Positions 1 to 13,108 of a DNA stretch of 64,000 bases are shown here, in pieces; within the stretch, counting starts at the first letter, position 1, and each line of letters begins with the position of its first letter. The notes beneath the pieces were generated by a model. The model made no database searches, had not been told where the DNA came from, and worked only from the letters and a program-made list of their open reading frames with translations. A program made the translations under genes and the position numbers. Source of the stretch: Klebsormidium nitens (taxonomy: Eukaryota; Plantae; Klebsormidiophyceae); the NCBI GenBank assembly GCA_000708835.1, contig DF237403.1, positions 11,771-75,770 of the forward strand, written 5' to 3'.

Positions 1-1
1 A

Positions 2-3000
2 GCTTTTCAATCTGGACTGCATAAGCTATCCGTTCACAAGAGCACAAGACGTCCGGCATCAGTGGCTTCCGTTGCTCCCACAGAGGGTAAAGAAAACGTG
101 GATAATGTCAAAGTCGAAGCATACCTGGAGCGGATAGCTTATCAGGGACCGCCACCTTATATGGTGGAAGGAGAGGAAGGAGAAGCGCTGGAGGCTTTGC
201 GGAGCCTGCATTGGGCTCACCTTCTGGCGGTACCTTTTGAGAACCTGAGGTAAGTGACTGGTAATTGCAGCATAATCACAGCGGCCGAATGTTGTTACCC
301 TGCTGTTTGTGCTCGCACTTCACGGATGCATTGTAGGGTGACTGTGGCCGATACAAAGAACTTTTCAAGACAGGAGTAGGCGGCTATACTTGGATACATG
401 ATTGGCAAGGAGCGTTGCAAGCGCGACATGGCATTTGGTAAAATCAATCCACTGAAAATGACCGCAGGTGGCCCCATCTTCCATGAAGGCTATGCTGAAC
501 TCGGCTGTGCCTGCTTAAGTCAACCTTGAAGAAGTCCTGTATTGAAATGTTGCAATTTGCATGATTTTTCTGATTTTTCACACCTGATCTTTGTTGAATG
601 ATCTATCTATAAGCGCTCCGTACGCTTTTGGACTGGCCCAATTTGAGCTCTGACAGATGCAGGAAAGGTGCTGGAGGGAGAGAACTTTTCAAGTCTTGAC
701 TTCAATCGGCCAAGGTCTGCAGTTTGGGTCTGGTTGAGTGGACGGTCACTAAAAGATGAATTGACTTGCGTGCAGTGTTCACAACGGGGAGACAATCCAG
801 CTAGACTACGATAAGCTGTACGACAAGATAGTGAGGCGGAGGAGGGGCGGGTTTTGCTATGAGGTAAGACTTGTCTACGTGTTCTTATCCAGAATTGACT
901 AGACAAGTAGGAAAAGAAGATGGAGAAACATACGACTTCTGCGAAGCTTGGTTTGTTGGGGTCAGGGCCAGAGAGTCGAGCCATGTTAGGCAGGTTCATT
1001 GGACTTCCCTCCTCTCAGAAAAGTGACCAGTGGCATGCCTGCTGAATCACATATGGGGGCACCCAAGAGGGTGCAGACTTATAATCTGCTGCGCCATCCA
1101 CTGCTCTTCTCATAGGAGAGACGTGGGATAGTGAGCTCGGAGGGGATTACAAGGGACGTAATTCTTGCCAATTGGTTGGTTGTTGGTTTTCCTATGAAGG
1201 ATGGCTGCACTGCATGGTAAAGAGCTCTAGGACAAACATATGTGTAGGCGGAAGAAGTTTGAGGATATCATGTATGTGAAAATGACAACCACTGCTTTGT
1301 CTAAGCGAGACATTCTAAAATACGGACAATCTGTTTCGAAGAAGTCGCAGACTGATCAACTCCGTAACCAATCGCTGCTCCTGTGTTGCAGAACAACGGC
1401 TGCTTTGCCTGGCTGTTGCGACAACTGGGCTACCAGGTCTCCCTCATGTCGGCCAGCGTTTTCCAGCAGGGAGCGCAGGGGGGCCGCTTCGGCCCCGAAT
1501 ATGACCATGTAAGAAACTTGGTCTAGATTTGGGTTTGGGTTCGGATTTGGGTTTGTATGGGGTCCTTGGTTCCGGTTTGAGTTCGGGTTTGGATGGGTCC
1601 TGGTTGGGTTCGAGACTGCCTCCTTTCGGACACGACCATAAAGCTGGACATCTGCCTACTCTGCAATCTGCAAAGCGTTGGTGTGGCAAATTTATTCTTG
1701 CTTGTGAAATCTAAGAGGGAAAAGATATAGAGTCGGAAGACTTTCAGGGCACTTGAAAGCGAGTCTATGACTGTCCGGTCTTACAGGTGGCACGTCCTAG
1801 TTCTTCTTGAGTATCCTAAGGAAACCAAAGCCATAGAAGAGTGTTTGCAGAAACTGGTGGACTCGTCGTACGAAAGACGAAAGTTCTCTTCCTTTGTTCC
1901 GTTATGAAGCTTCGGTTGCCCTCCGTTCTGGTCTCCTGAGTCCCATATGTTTGAAAATTGAGATTCTTTGTGCTCACTCAGGCTGAGTGCACACCGCATC
2001 AACTGAGACAGCCGCGAAATATCAGTTATGAACGTTTTCAGATTTCTCCGGCCTCTGTTTGAGAACTCAAACGCAGCACTCAACGTTTACGTCGTGGACT
2101 ACCGGCCCCAGAGCACGTCTTGCGGCGACTCTGAACCACTAACTTATCAACATGTGTTGCTTGCAGCTCGTCTTGATGGTCCACATTGGGAAGAAACGGT
2201 GGCTTGCGGACGTCGGCTTTGGCAGTAGCTACCCCGACCTCCTCGACTTCGACACTCGGGACGAACAGGTAAGGTTCATATCTTTTCCAATATCCCCCCC
2301 TTCTCTTCTTCTTCTATGCTACTTTGAAGATTGCGTCCGTCCACAACTTGCCCATCAAACGTCCACAACTGCTTTCAACCTTCTAAGGCTTTTCATAGAC
2401 CAGTTCAGTCCGGATGTTGATTGTCAGATTACCGCCTTTCCCGTCTAGAAACATCAACATGTTGCTGGTGCTTCTTTAGAAGCCGCCTTTTGTCAATCGA
2501 CCCTACTGTCAATCCTCCGAGGGCCGCTGACGTCTTGCCGATTCAACATATCTCCAAAACGCTGACGTCATGCTACGTCCACCCCCGCAGGTCCAAGTAA
2601 CGGGCCGGCACCGCGTGCTGCCGGACATTTTGCTGCGCGGTTCGGGGGTGTACGTGTACTGGCAGTGGATGCCCCCCCCTGGGAGCAGCGTCCAGGCGCC
2701 CGGGGAGTGGCAACCGAGGCACCGGTTCTGCATACGGCCGAAGCAGCTGGAGGACTTTCGCCAGGTGGGGCATGTTCGGCTCCTTTCTTCCGTTGTTTGC
2801 GAACATATTTATCACTCTTGGGACTGATGAACTTTCCAGCCCGTCCTTTCTTTGGACAAATGGTGCTGTGCCGGAGCCTAGGCACCGGTTGTGCATACGG
2901 CCGAAGCAGCTGGAAGAATTCCGCCAGGTGGGGGCCTGCCGGTTCTTTGTTTCTTTCTTTTGCTTATGTAGTTTTGGGACTGAGTATTTCCCAGCATACT

Positions 3001-4974
3001 CCTTTCTTTCTCTGGACAGCTAGTGCTGTGCAAGGTCTTCGTATCCAATTCTGCATACAGCGGAAGCGACCGGAGGACTTTCGTCAGGTGGGGGCATCTT
3101 TGGTTTCGTCGTCGTTTGCTTTGTGTGTCTGAGGTTTCTTGGACTGGTTTCTCCGCAAGCTGATAGTCTCCTTTTTCGGGACGGTTTATGCTCTGTGAAT
3201 GGCAGGGCGCCTTTCTTGCCTTTTGGGGCGTTTCTGGAAGGTAGCTGCTTTTTAGCCAGTGATTCGTCAAAAAAGAAGACGGAGGTATCTCCTTTTTAGG
3301 GCCATCAAAATACTGGCTTCAATCTTCGTTTGGCTGACAAAAGGGTTATTGCAGATTGAGGACGCGTCTTCGTTCTTTGAACGTACCGTTTTGTTTGCGT
3401 CAAAAATCCAAGTAGCCACGTACTGATTTGGGAGCTTCAGAGAAAGAAGCTGTCCGCAAATCCGCTTTCACGGGATTACGCTTTCTCCAGAATCTGCCAA
3501 TTGGTCGCCGTTCGGAACCACGAGCAAGACGGAACAGAAGGAGGAGAATACAGAGAGCTACACGACGCGAATAGAGGACGTTGTCGAACCTCACACTGAG
3601 CAACCCATTCCGTTGCGTTCGAGAGATCGAACGAAGTGCTCTTACTTCTCGTCAAATTTGCACGGAAGGGCGTTGTCGAGCTCCGCACTGCAATTCTACC
3701 TCCGCCGTTTCGGTTATGACGTCGATCGCAGTGCTTTGGTCCCTTGCCAGATGTGCACGCCCCTCAGACTAGCTCTGAGTCCTTCTGCCGGAAGGGGCCG
3801 CATGATGTTGCGAGCACTTCCGCCGTTCCGGTCGAGAAATTGAATGGAACGTTTCTTTATTGCCACATGTGCATTTTCCACCAGAGTAGCCCCAAGTCCT
3901 TCTTTTCGGAGGGCCTCATCGTGGCACGATGAGTTCCGCCGTTCCGATCGAGAGATTGAACGGAACGTTTCTTCCTTGTCCAGATGTGCACGTTCCACCA
4001 GAGTAGCCCTGAGTCCTTCTTCCGCAAGGGCCTTCTCGTGTCGCGGTTACGGGGGCCCGAGGAGGGGGGTGGCACGATTACACTGACCGACAGCAAACTC
4101 ATTGTATATACCGCAGACACGGACGAACGCACGGTGAGCTTTCTATCCCCTTGATCTTTCGTTCTTGTGAAAGCATTCCCTTATCAAGAACAACGCACGA
4201 AGACGGCAAACTGGTTGTAGATACCGCAGACACGGACGAATTGCATGGTGAGCGTCAGATCGCCTGTGATTCTGGGGTCTGGGTTCGGTTTGCAAGGGTT
4301 TTCGTACAACGTAGAGGAATGCGCAGTGACAGGAAGTGATACATCATATCGCATAGACGGACGAAGGCACGGTGAAATTGTGTATCGCCTGAGCTTCTGG
4401 GCGCTAAAGACAAGTAACATTGAGAGCCCCTGTGGGCTCTGCAAGGCCAAAGGATTGGGCGGTGAAGGTCGTCCAGTGCTTCGAAGGGGGCTCGAACCGT
4501 GCAACTATCCAGCATTTGCAAATTGCTTTCCGTAGGGATGAGCTGTTTGCAAGATTCCAGGTTGGAGTATATCGTAGCAGCTTTGCTTCGTGAGTACGCG
4601 CAAGCAATAATATTCCTTTGTCTGAATATGTTTCAGAGCAACATCCGCAGGCCCTAAGCACAAGGTCCTTGGTTAGAGTTTGTCGTAGGAGACGAATCTA
4701 GATATTGGGTCAACATTAGTATTATATTGCCGTGGATAATCTGGACATCATACCAAGATGGGCTGTTTAAAGCCAGGAAGGTGCCAATTTCATAAAGAAC
4801 TGTTGGGATGCGGACAGACAGCCGACTCATAGCCCTTCATTTTGTGCTTTGCTTTCATAAAAGGAGGGTTCACAATGCATCGACTTGTGTTGCATGCAGG
4901 AAGAGTTGATAGACAGCCAGGAGCGCTTCAACGACGAGCTGCAAAAACACTTTGGTATTAGCGAACCTGGCTGA
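2..4974 (+). CDS. NAT: Arylamine N-acetyltransferase family protein (5' end outside window)
   Basis: Frame-consistent exons <2-249, 776-863, 1392-1508, 2167-2268, 2591-2764, 3984-4133, 4900-4974 with GT-AG ends. The translation contains AHLLAVPFENL, RRGGFCYENNG (catalytic Cys), EYDHLVLMV (His), WLADVGFG (Asp), HQSSPESFFRK and C-terminal ELQKHFGI*. The frame is open from position 2, so the ATG lies upstream. Confidence 0.9.
2700..3095 (+). repeat. Tandem ~161-bp repeat: NAT exon 3' end plus donor, two decayed extra copies
   Basis: CATACGGCCGAAGCAGCTGGAGGACTTTCGCCAG|GTGGGG at the true donor (2765) recurs with donors at 2928 and 3088, along with the flanking intron sequence. Confidence 0.9.
3720..4380 (+). 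repeat. Tandem ~115-bp repeats flanking NAT exon 3984-4133 (acceptor echoes upstream, donor echoes downstream)
   Basis: ATGTGCAC...AGTCCTTC starts at 3751, 3867 and 3984 (true). ACGGACGAA....G|GTGA donors at 4134 (true), 4248 and 4372. Confidence 0.85.
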
Positions 4975-5990
4975 CTGGAGAAAATCCGTTCTTCACGAGT
5001 TTCGACATCGTACAATAATCTGCGTTTAAAAGAGATCAGCCCAGCTGGTACCGACCGGATTAGGCCTGCCAATACAGCTCCTAGCGGACCAGCCAATGCA
5101 CAAGCTTGCAAGATGAGCGTATCAAGCCCTAGAAGGAGCATCTATGGTGACATTCTTTAGAACTCTAGAATTGCGTTTGCCGTGAGAACTGGACTTGTAA
5201 TGGGATCCATCTACCGCCGCGGCCGGGGATGGTAAGAACCTCAAGAGAACTTTGAGTCTGATCGACGCACCAAGATCACGAACTCGTTCACCTATGGGAC
5301 GAGATTCCCCGCTGGCACAAGGTCGACCGGCTTAGTAGATGTTTTAGTTACGTGGCCTTGCTGGATATCTGGTCGTCCGAATAGGCAATCATCGCCTCGG
5401 AGTATATTAAGTTGCGCATGTCTTGTTGAAGTACATGTGCATGCGCAACTTTGACTGCACATATATTTCGCCACGCGCATGAAAAGGCTGCCTGCTTCCG
5501 GCCACCTTATTTCATTCGCTCGCGTGCTGCCTTGCATATATGCGCCACTGGATCTCGCACGAGCTTTAAGATCCGTGCATACATGTATATACCAGAATAT
5601 AATTGAATCGTGATGTATAATTTCATTCGTCACACCAGACGGAGTCCTTTGTACATGACTCCCGAGCTGGTACACTATGAGCGGCCGTCGGTTTAGCCAG
5701 CCCCATGAGTGACGGGTTATGCAGTGGTCCGGCCGTGCGCGCCTGCAGACTGGCACGTGCTGGCAAACGGTTGCATGATTGACGTACCTACATTTTACAG
5801 TGATCGGACTCGCGCGTATCACACCGTATGCAGTGTTGTCCGCACCAGAGGTGGTTCCATGTTTAAATCCACAATCGAAAGGCACCTCCAATACATACTT
5901 TCAAAGCGACAAACTTGAATGTGCAGCCTTTGTACATACCTAAACAGACCCAACGATATCAAGACACCAACTAAAAAGGGCAAGTTGAAC

Positions 5991-8900
5991 TTATTTCGTT
6001 TTCTTATTCCCTTTGCTGGACGCCACTAGAGGCACTTCCTCTTTTGCCTCGGCCACCTTGCCTGCGGCTGTCCTTGTTACACTTGTCGCCTCGACGTTGG
6101 AATCCTTTGCTACTACAACTTCGCCTTCCGGCAGTGCCGGCGTAACAGGTGCTCCAACGAGTTCGGCTGGAGGCTGGCCTAGCGCTTCTTCCCCCCCGAA
6201 CCCGAACTCGTTGACCCGCTTCTTGTCCACTGGGTAAATGTACAGCTGGTAGAGGAAGATCAGGAACACCAGGTCTGCAAAAGCACAAGCCACGAACGTC
6301 ATTGAGAGAAGCATGGTGACACGGATGGTGCTTGCAGAAGCACCGGCAATGACCTTTCAAATCGTAGCATACTAATAGCCCCACCAGAAGAGACTAACTC
6401 TGCGTGCTCTCACAAACAGAAGCGCACGTCGGCCTCGAAATGAGAAGACGGTAAGTCGGAGACTACCGAACTCAGATTCTAGAATAAGGAAGCCTAGATT
6501 CCGAGCCCTTTGAATTGCTGATCCTCTTGCATATATATGTATTCAGAATTTCCCGGACTTGTGTTCCAAGATCCAACGCGTAGCGGGCCCCAAGTTTATG
6601 AAGCAGGCGTAGTGCACACTCTCGGGCTCGTGGGACAATCAGAAGTCGCAGCGCCAATTAGCAACGCATCAATGCAAGTTTGACAAGATTCAAATTCAAA
6701 GCGGATTCGAGCCCAGGTTGCCAAACGCAATACCTTCGATAGAAAGAACGTATGGGTTGCCTTCAAGGGTTTCAAGATAACCTGAAAGTTGAGGGACTGA
6801 CCGTCACGGAAGACGCTCAGGCGGTGCAGGAGCGGCATCTTGATGACAAAGGCAAAGAGGTCGTCAATGATGGTGTTCAGGAACTTGTACGTCATTTGCC
6901 GCCACGGCAGGTGCGCCACCGACTTGAGCTTGTAGTTGATGAACAGCTGCGGGGTCATCATGATGAAACCTGCACGCACAGTAGGGCAAATCCGTCATAC
7001 CTTCTCTTTGCGTGAGGAAAAGTAGGCGCCATCTAGCCCCGGCATGGTTCCCACATGCTAAAAAGTGTAAGGCCAGATCTGAGAGAACGGAATAGTACGG
7101 TGACCAGGGCAGGCCAGCATGCTCTGTAAAAGCTTTCCAAACCGACGCTCATCCGTCTTTCTGGCGCGAGCCTGTGTGAATAGCTCCGTGTCCCTGATAT
7201 CCTGGCAGATAAACTAGTCAAGTATCCAGAACAGAAGAACAAACTCAAAAGGTCACACGGTCTTGTCGCCCCAACGCGGGGCTTTGACCAGTAACCCCGC
7301 CCCCTTTCAACTGTCAATGAACGTTTGTATCAACCGCAAGCAGCGACACATATGAGCTTCCGGCAACATGCAAGCCATAGTGAGTCATTGGTTCTTTACC
7401 AAAGGTGCAGACGCAACCAGTGACGACCCATGCAAGTCTGGACAATTCATAAATAATCTGTCAGCCGCAAGCGCGACATGTGTTTAACTTTCAACCGGAC
7501 TTCACACGCGCACAAAACTCACCAAAGGTGTAGACGCAGCCCGTGAGCGAGGTGACGACCCAGGAGTACCAGCTCTTGTGCGTCTGGTAGAAGAGCGACC
7601 AGACGGCGTAGCCGCCCACGAGCGGGAAGAGCGAGTACGACAGGTAGCGCGTCGCCTGCTCGTCGTATTCTTTGGTCTTATTCCCCTCGTACGACTGCTT
7701 GTCCTTAAACACCAGGATCGGGAACGAGCCCCACCGACCGACCTGCACAGCGGGAATGAGTATGCTTGCTTCTCAGCACAGCTGAATGGAGATTCTGAAC
7801 GCGAGATTTACCCGGCTCGTTGTTTTGTTCGGTTTTGTTGTGCTCGTATGACCGGCTTGTCCTTGAACACCAGGATCGGGAAGGAGCCCCACCGACCGAC
7901 CTGCACCGCCGAACGGGGAATGAAAATCATGTACGTGGCTACTTGAGGGGTCTAGGATCCGCCCCTAAGCAGCTCGCCCTGCTGATTGATTTTGTTTTGC
8001 CCGTTCGACTTCTTATCCTTGAACACAAGGATCGGAAGAGAGCGCCACCAACCGATGTGCACCGCCGAGCGCGGCGTGGGTAATGGCAGGCGGCTTGCAG
8101 AGTTTTGCACAAATTAAAGTGCTACCGTCGAATCACAGCCCAGCTTTCCGAATTGCAGGGTGCGTCCTGGGATCTGAAGATTTTGGCAAGACTGGTCCTG
8201 ATACCTTGGTCTTCCAACAACCCGCAACAAAGCCACCACAAACAAGACATCTGGAGCATTCGTGGAATGATATCAAAACCTTGAACGGCAGTGCCGAGAT
8301 TTGACCGTCCCATCCCAGAGTGATCCTGTGGTCCACCTAACAGCAAATGTTTGCTTCTGACCTGCTCCGCATTCACCGAGCTCACCCAAGTCGTCCCCTG
8401 CGCCTACTGAAGACACTCAGCTTCGAAATCACCCCAAAAAAATCAGAGTAGTTTACAGGGTTCTCGCATTGGGGAAGTGACTCACCGAGATGTCCATGGC
8501 CTTGCCGATCCCCCGAACAAGCAACTGTGTACCACAGAGCGGTTTCAAAAGTATCCGGAATACTAACTAAACTCATTCACAATGTTCGTCAGTGTCTCGG
8601 TGACTTTCTGAGTATCTCGGTAAACCTGTCACAAACTCACCGAGATGTCCATGGCCTTGCCGATCTTCCAGAACTCGATGACACAGCCGACGGCGGCGCT
8701 GATGATGATCATCCAGCTCGTCTCGTTGTCCAGCAGGTACATCAGCACGATCACTTGGGACACGAAGGAGATGATCACCGTGCGCGCCGACAGGCCCATC
8801 ATCGACTTGTTGTTGCGCCAAAACTGGATATCTGCGGAAACAAGGCAGCCGGGTATATGGTCAGGAACGGGTCACTGGGGGGCGCATACAGCTCAGTTTT

Positions 8901-11900
8901 GATGGCCGAAATGCCCATCATCGACTTGTTGTTGCGTCAAAAGTGGATACCTGCGGAAACAAGGCAGCCGGGTGTGGGGTCAAAAAGTGTCCCTCAGGGG
9001 GCGCAGAGCGCGTTTCTGTGGTGGTAAGGAGTTTGTGAGCAGTTCGATGCTTTGCTTTTGCGGGAAAGGTGGTGGTTGACGAGGATTCGTAAAGGGGCCA
9101 GTTTTTTGTAACCAGAAAACAGTGGACCACCCGTTTCAGAAGAGCTCGTGCGAGCTGAACTCGGTACGAGCTACCGAGCGGGCCTTCCGTGCCCGGATTG
9201 GATAACCTTTCACCCCTCAAATTGGCTGCTTAGTTCGACTCAAGAAGAGTCTCACCACACACGCATACTTCCGCCAACAAGCAGACCGTCGTGGAAGAGG
9301 ATGCAAAATCTTCGAGGTAATGGCAATATCGAGCATGATGATATGGAACACCAAGGCAGGGCAACCCCTTCAAACGCGTCGCGCTGGGCATATGGTACAG
9401 TGGCGAGGTGCCCCGCATTTGGCGTATGGTATGGTAGCGAGGTGCACCGCATCTGCTGCTCACCAATCTTCAAGGCGAAATAGTTCAGACGACAAACTTG
9501 TTGCGGGTCAACTTGATCACGCTGGTCAAATCCACCGTTTACGTCGCTTGGGGGGCGTTAGTACATCGCGCTTAGTCCCACAGCAACGGGAGTTTATCCG
9601 CTGCAATTGTCCTTACGGACGGCAAGAGACCCTGCAAAAAGCGATTGTGCGCTGCTGCTTACCGTTTTTGAAGGCGAGAAAGTCGAACACGGTGTGGAAC
9701 ATGGAGACCACCATGGTCAGGCCCAGCAGCCACGGGTTGCCCTCGATGAACACTCTCTGCACAGCACAAGCGAGTACACTGATTAGAAACTTCGAAGTCG
9801 AATCATGCATTCCTCCACCGCACCCTCGCTGGGTTTCTGAGGACTGGGCGTTGCTGCCAAATCGAAATAGCAGGTGTTGTCTGGTAGCAAACCTTCAGAA
9901 GCTTTGCCAACAAATCTGATCGCTTGGCCGTTTTACTTGACACAGATGCTAGCCACGTCCGATCCCCCCTGCTGGCCACGGAGAGCTCGTGTTTTTTCCA
10001 GCAATCGGTCAGGCGGCCAGGTGCGACAACTGGTGGTACTGACTGACGAGAGAACAAATGACAGGCAACCGCTGAATGTCAGTAATGAAAAAGGTGCGGC
10101 TGACCTTGATCTCGTCGGCTTCCCCGTCGCCCATGCTCCCCATGCTGGCCTGCATCTTGAAGCTCTGGTCCATCTGGACGTACACATTCCACCACCAGGC
10201 GCTCAGCGGCGCCAGGAACAAGTCCAGCTCCAAAGTGGTCGTCGTATCGTTGATGGGCTGCAGATAGTCCTTGAGGAGCCAGAAGTCGTTGATGAAGACG
10301 GTCGGGAAGAAGTTGCCGCTCTCGGGCTCGAAGTCGAGGAGGCCTGTCAGGTGCGCGGGAACGCCGCCCTTGGGGTATCTGCACAAAACGGGATTACGGC
10401 TTAACCATGTCTGTTTGTCAGCACTAACAGAAAGGTCTGAGAGAGAGTTGCCGCTCTCGTTCTCGAAGTCGAGAAGGCCCATAAGATGCGCGGGATCGCC
10501 GCCCTCAGGGTACCTGCATTTGTGAGGAAGTGCTTCTTAAGCAAGCTTGGTTAGGGGCAGGTCAGGGGCACTAGCCCATCAAAAATTCGCAACTCTCTTA
10601 TTAAAAGGTAGGTACTCCAAATATTCTTTGATTTTTCTGAGCCATGCTTGGCTGGGAGCAATGACCCCTGCCAGATATAAGGGGCCAATCACTGCCAGGC
10701 CTTATACACTTCGAAGCTCATGAACACCTTTTCCGACATTCTGCAAACAAGCGCTTTTGTCTCCACAAGGCCACTCACGCGTTGTGATCCTCCACGAGGT
10801 TAATTGTCACGTTGGGCCGCCAGAACGACACCCACGGCCGCGCCGGCTCGTCCGCCGTCCCCTCTGCCTTCTTCTTCGTCGCCTCCGAGCCAGTGTTCCA
10901 GACCACGCTGTCCTCTTCTTCCGCCTCGTCGTCTGATTCCTCCTGCGCCGGTGTTACCTCGGCTGAGGCTGCCTCCTGCTTCGCTTTAGCAGCCTCGTCG
11001 CGGTCCAGCTGCGCTAACTCTGCGTCGCTGTTCATGGACTTGCCGAGCAGGTTCACGCGGCGATCCACCTTGGGCTTGATGCCGTACTTGTTGAGCCCTG
11101 CGATTGTCGACGTCTGTCTCAAGCCAAACCCTTTTCTAGTTCCATCAAGTCGAAGTAGTTCGTACAACTCTAGTCTGATGTGTTTTGAGAATCACTGCAG
11201 ACTCCTATTGCAGCCATAGAACAGGAGAAGAAAATGCTCATGAATCTGTACAGGAAGTCTGAAGCATGTAAATCAGAGCTCCAAACAAGGACTGCTGGAC
11301 CGACATCAAAAGGGCATGATTGAATCCGAACACGAACATCAACCCGACAGCTTTGACCACCTCAAGTCAAGTCTGTTGATTGATGCAGGAATACAACCTT
11401 GTTCAGAATAGTCTCCTCCATGAATGCACTTACGGAAGGTTTTGCTGAATGCTGAGCCTCTTTCAAAGCTCGCATCCTCAGGGTTTGGTGAGTAGCCGGA
11501 TCGAGCGAAGAATGCGTGGCCCCACAGTGAGCCGTTGTTCATCACAGCCTACACGAAGATAGTAGTTTGTTTCAAAATCAAAAGAAACTCCGTAAGCTCA
11601 GAGCCCATTTACCAACTGGAGCCCCAAAAGGGGTAGCCTCAGAACAGGCCACCAGTGAAGCAACACAAAGCACATCACGCACCAGTAGTCTCTCACTTGT
11701 GAGCGCAACCAAAAGCAGGCACTTTGGATTCCACCAGGCCTTCAAGTGCATGTTCACATCACAGAAGGAGATGTGCTCAGATCCGCCAGCAATTCATAGA
11801 GAACGAGTAAAAGATTTGGTGGCTTGCCTCGCTGGGGTGGTACGTCCAGTGCAGTTGCCTGCTGGCGGCTGTGTCTTGCGTGCTGTATGGCACGTCTTTC

Positions 11901-12600
11901 TCATGCCAGATCAAACTGCTGGCATCGTTATAATTGTTGAAGAACTCGCTCTCAGTAACGTACAACCAGAAGTCCTGCAGACAAAAAGCTTGATCAGACT
12001 GCGGCATCGTTGTAAGTAGAAACGAACTGGCTCTCAGAAGCATACAACCTGAAGTCCTGCAGATTCAAAGGAGGGACAAATCTTAGGAATTGCACGCTTG
12101 TCCATGATTGAGCCCAACATGTGGCAGCAATAGGAGTTCGAGAGAGGTAATCTGGACAAAGTCAAATCGTGACATAATATCACAGCGACGTCGGAAAGTT
12201 CACGTGATCGATGCAGATCTTGACAGAGAAACGATTTACCTTAAATTTTGGACAACTAGAGCTTTCACTAGGCTGACAAGATCTTTCACAATCACATTCA
12301 AATTAACAGGAAGCTCTTGACTTTGATCACAAATCTGGAAAAAATGCAGCATGACAAGATAGTGACAAGCAATGCCGGTAACAGCAAACGTAAGGAGCGC
12401 ACCACTTTCTCTCCCTTGCTGAAGAGGTTGCTTGTGAGCTTTGCAGGATCCGCGGACTTCTTCGGTGCCATGAATTGTTGTGCTACAAAGTAGATGACGA
12501 TGTACGTCATGATCTTCTGCAACCACCCTCCGCCTTGCTGCTGCGGCTGTGCAGGGCCTGCCCCTCCGGCCGTAGCTACTTGGGCTTGAGGTGGCGCCAT
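5991..12600 (-). CDS. CLPTM1: CLPTM1 / CLPTM1-like multipass ER membrane protein
   Basis: 10 exons: 12600-12403, 11974-11828, 11548-11434, 11097-10779, 10378-10105, 9756-9663, 8831-8641, 7742-7523, 6969-6802, 6274-5991. Intron 2 has a GC donor (AG|GCAAG). Family motifs NNGSLWGHAFFARSG, SFWRPNVTINLV, FFPTVFINDFWLL, FDFLAFKNDIQFW, GFIMMTPQLFINYKLKSVAHLPWRQMTYKFLNTIIDDLFAFVIKMP, YPVDKKRVNEFG. Confidence 0.95.
7380..8980 (-). repeat. Exon-edge duplications in CLPTM1 introns around exons 7 and 8
   Basis: Copies of the exon 8 start at ~7855-7905 and ~8008-8070, of the exon 8 end at ~7395-7435, of the exon 7 end plus donor at ~8471-8510 and of the exon 7 start plus acceptor at ~8910-8975. Similar copies occur at 10445-10520 and 12003-12063. 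Confidence 0.85.
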
Positions 12601-13108
12601 GGCGCTCCAATTGCGAGCCGATTGTGTGCTCAGAACGAAGCGCCCTGATGAAAGTTGTCCAACAACATTCTAGAACCTCGCACCTGCTGCCTCTGCACAC
12701 AGCCGGTCTGCATATGACTCTGAGGCTTTGTTTGACTCGGCGCTCTCAGCTCGCGCGCGCTGTTTCTTTTCAGTGTCATTATCCAAGAGGGGGTTCGGTA
12801 TTTCAGGTTTGCATTTAGGTTTAAAACCTAGTCGAAAGAAGCCTTTGAAGTCCCGAAGGTTAGCCAAGTCGCCCTAAACCTAACCTCGCCCGCTCACCCC
12901 AACTGTTATTGATAGATTGTTTGATGCGCGGCGCGCGCGAACATCGTGCTAGTCTGCAATGCAGCTCTGCTCAGCTCTGCTGAGTCCTCGTTCAATTTCA
13001 AATCAGTCGGGGAGCAAGGGGGAAGCGTCTGAAGCGTGCCTCGCATTCTGAGTGCACAAACCAGTCTTTGCCTGACGTTTAAGCGTCAAGGTCGTCTTTA
13101 AAGGAACA

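Noticed and set aside
5292-5891. 199-aa ORF in the NAT-CLPTM1 spacer
   Set aside because: No recognisable domain or splice context; its composition reflects the CATG-rich noncoding patch.
9874-10404. Long antisense ORFs over GC-rich exons (also 58593-59150, 2568-2896, 46689-47144)
   Set aside because: These are shadows of high-GC3 coding exons or repeats on the opposite strand.
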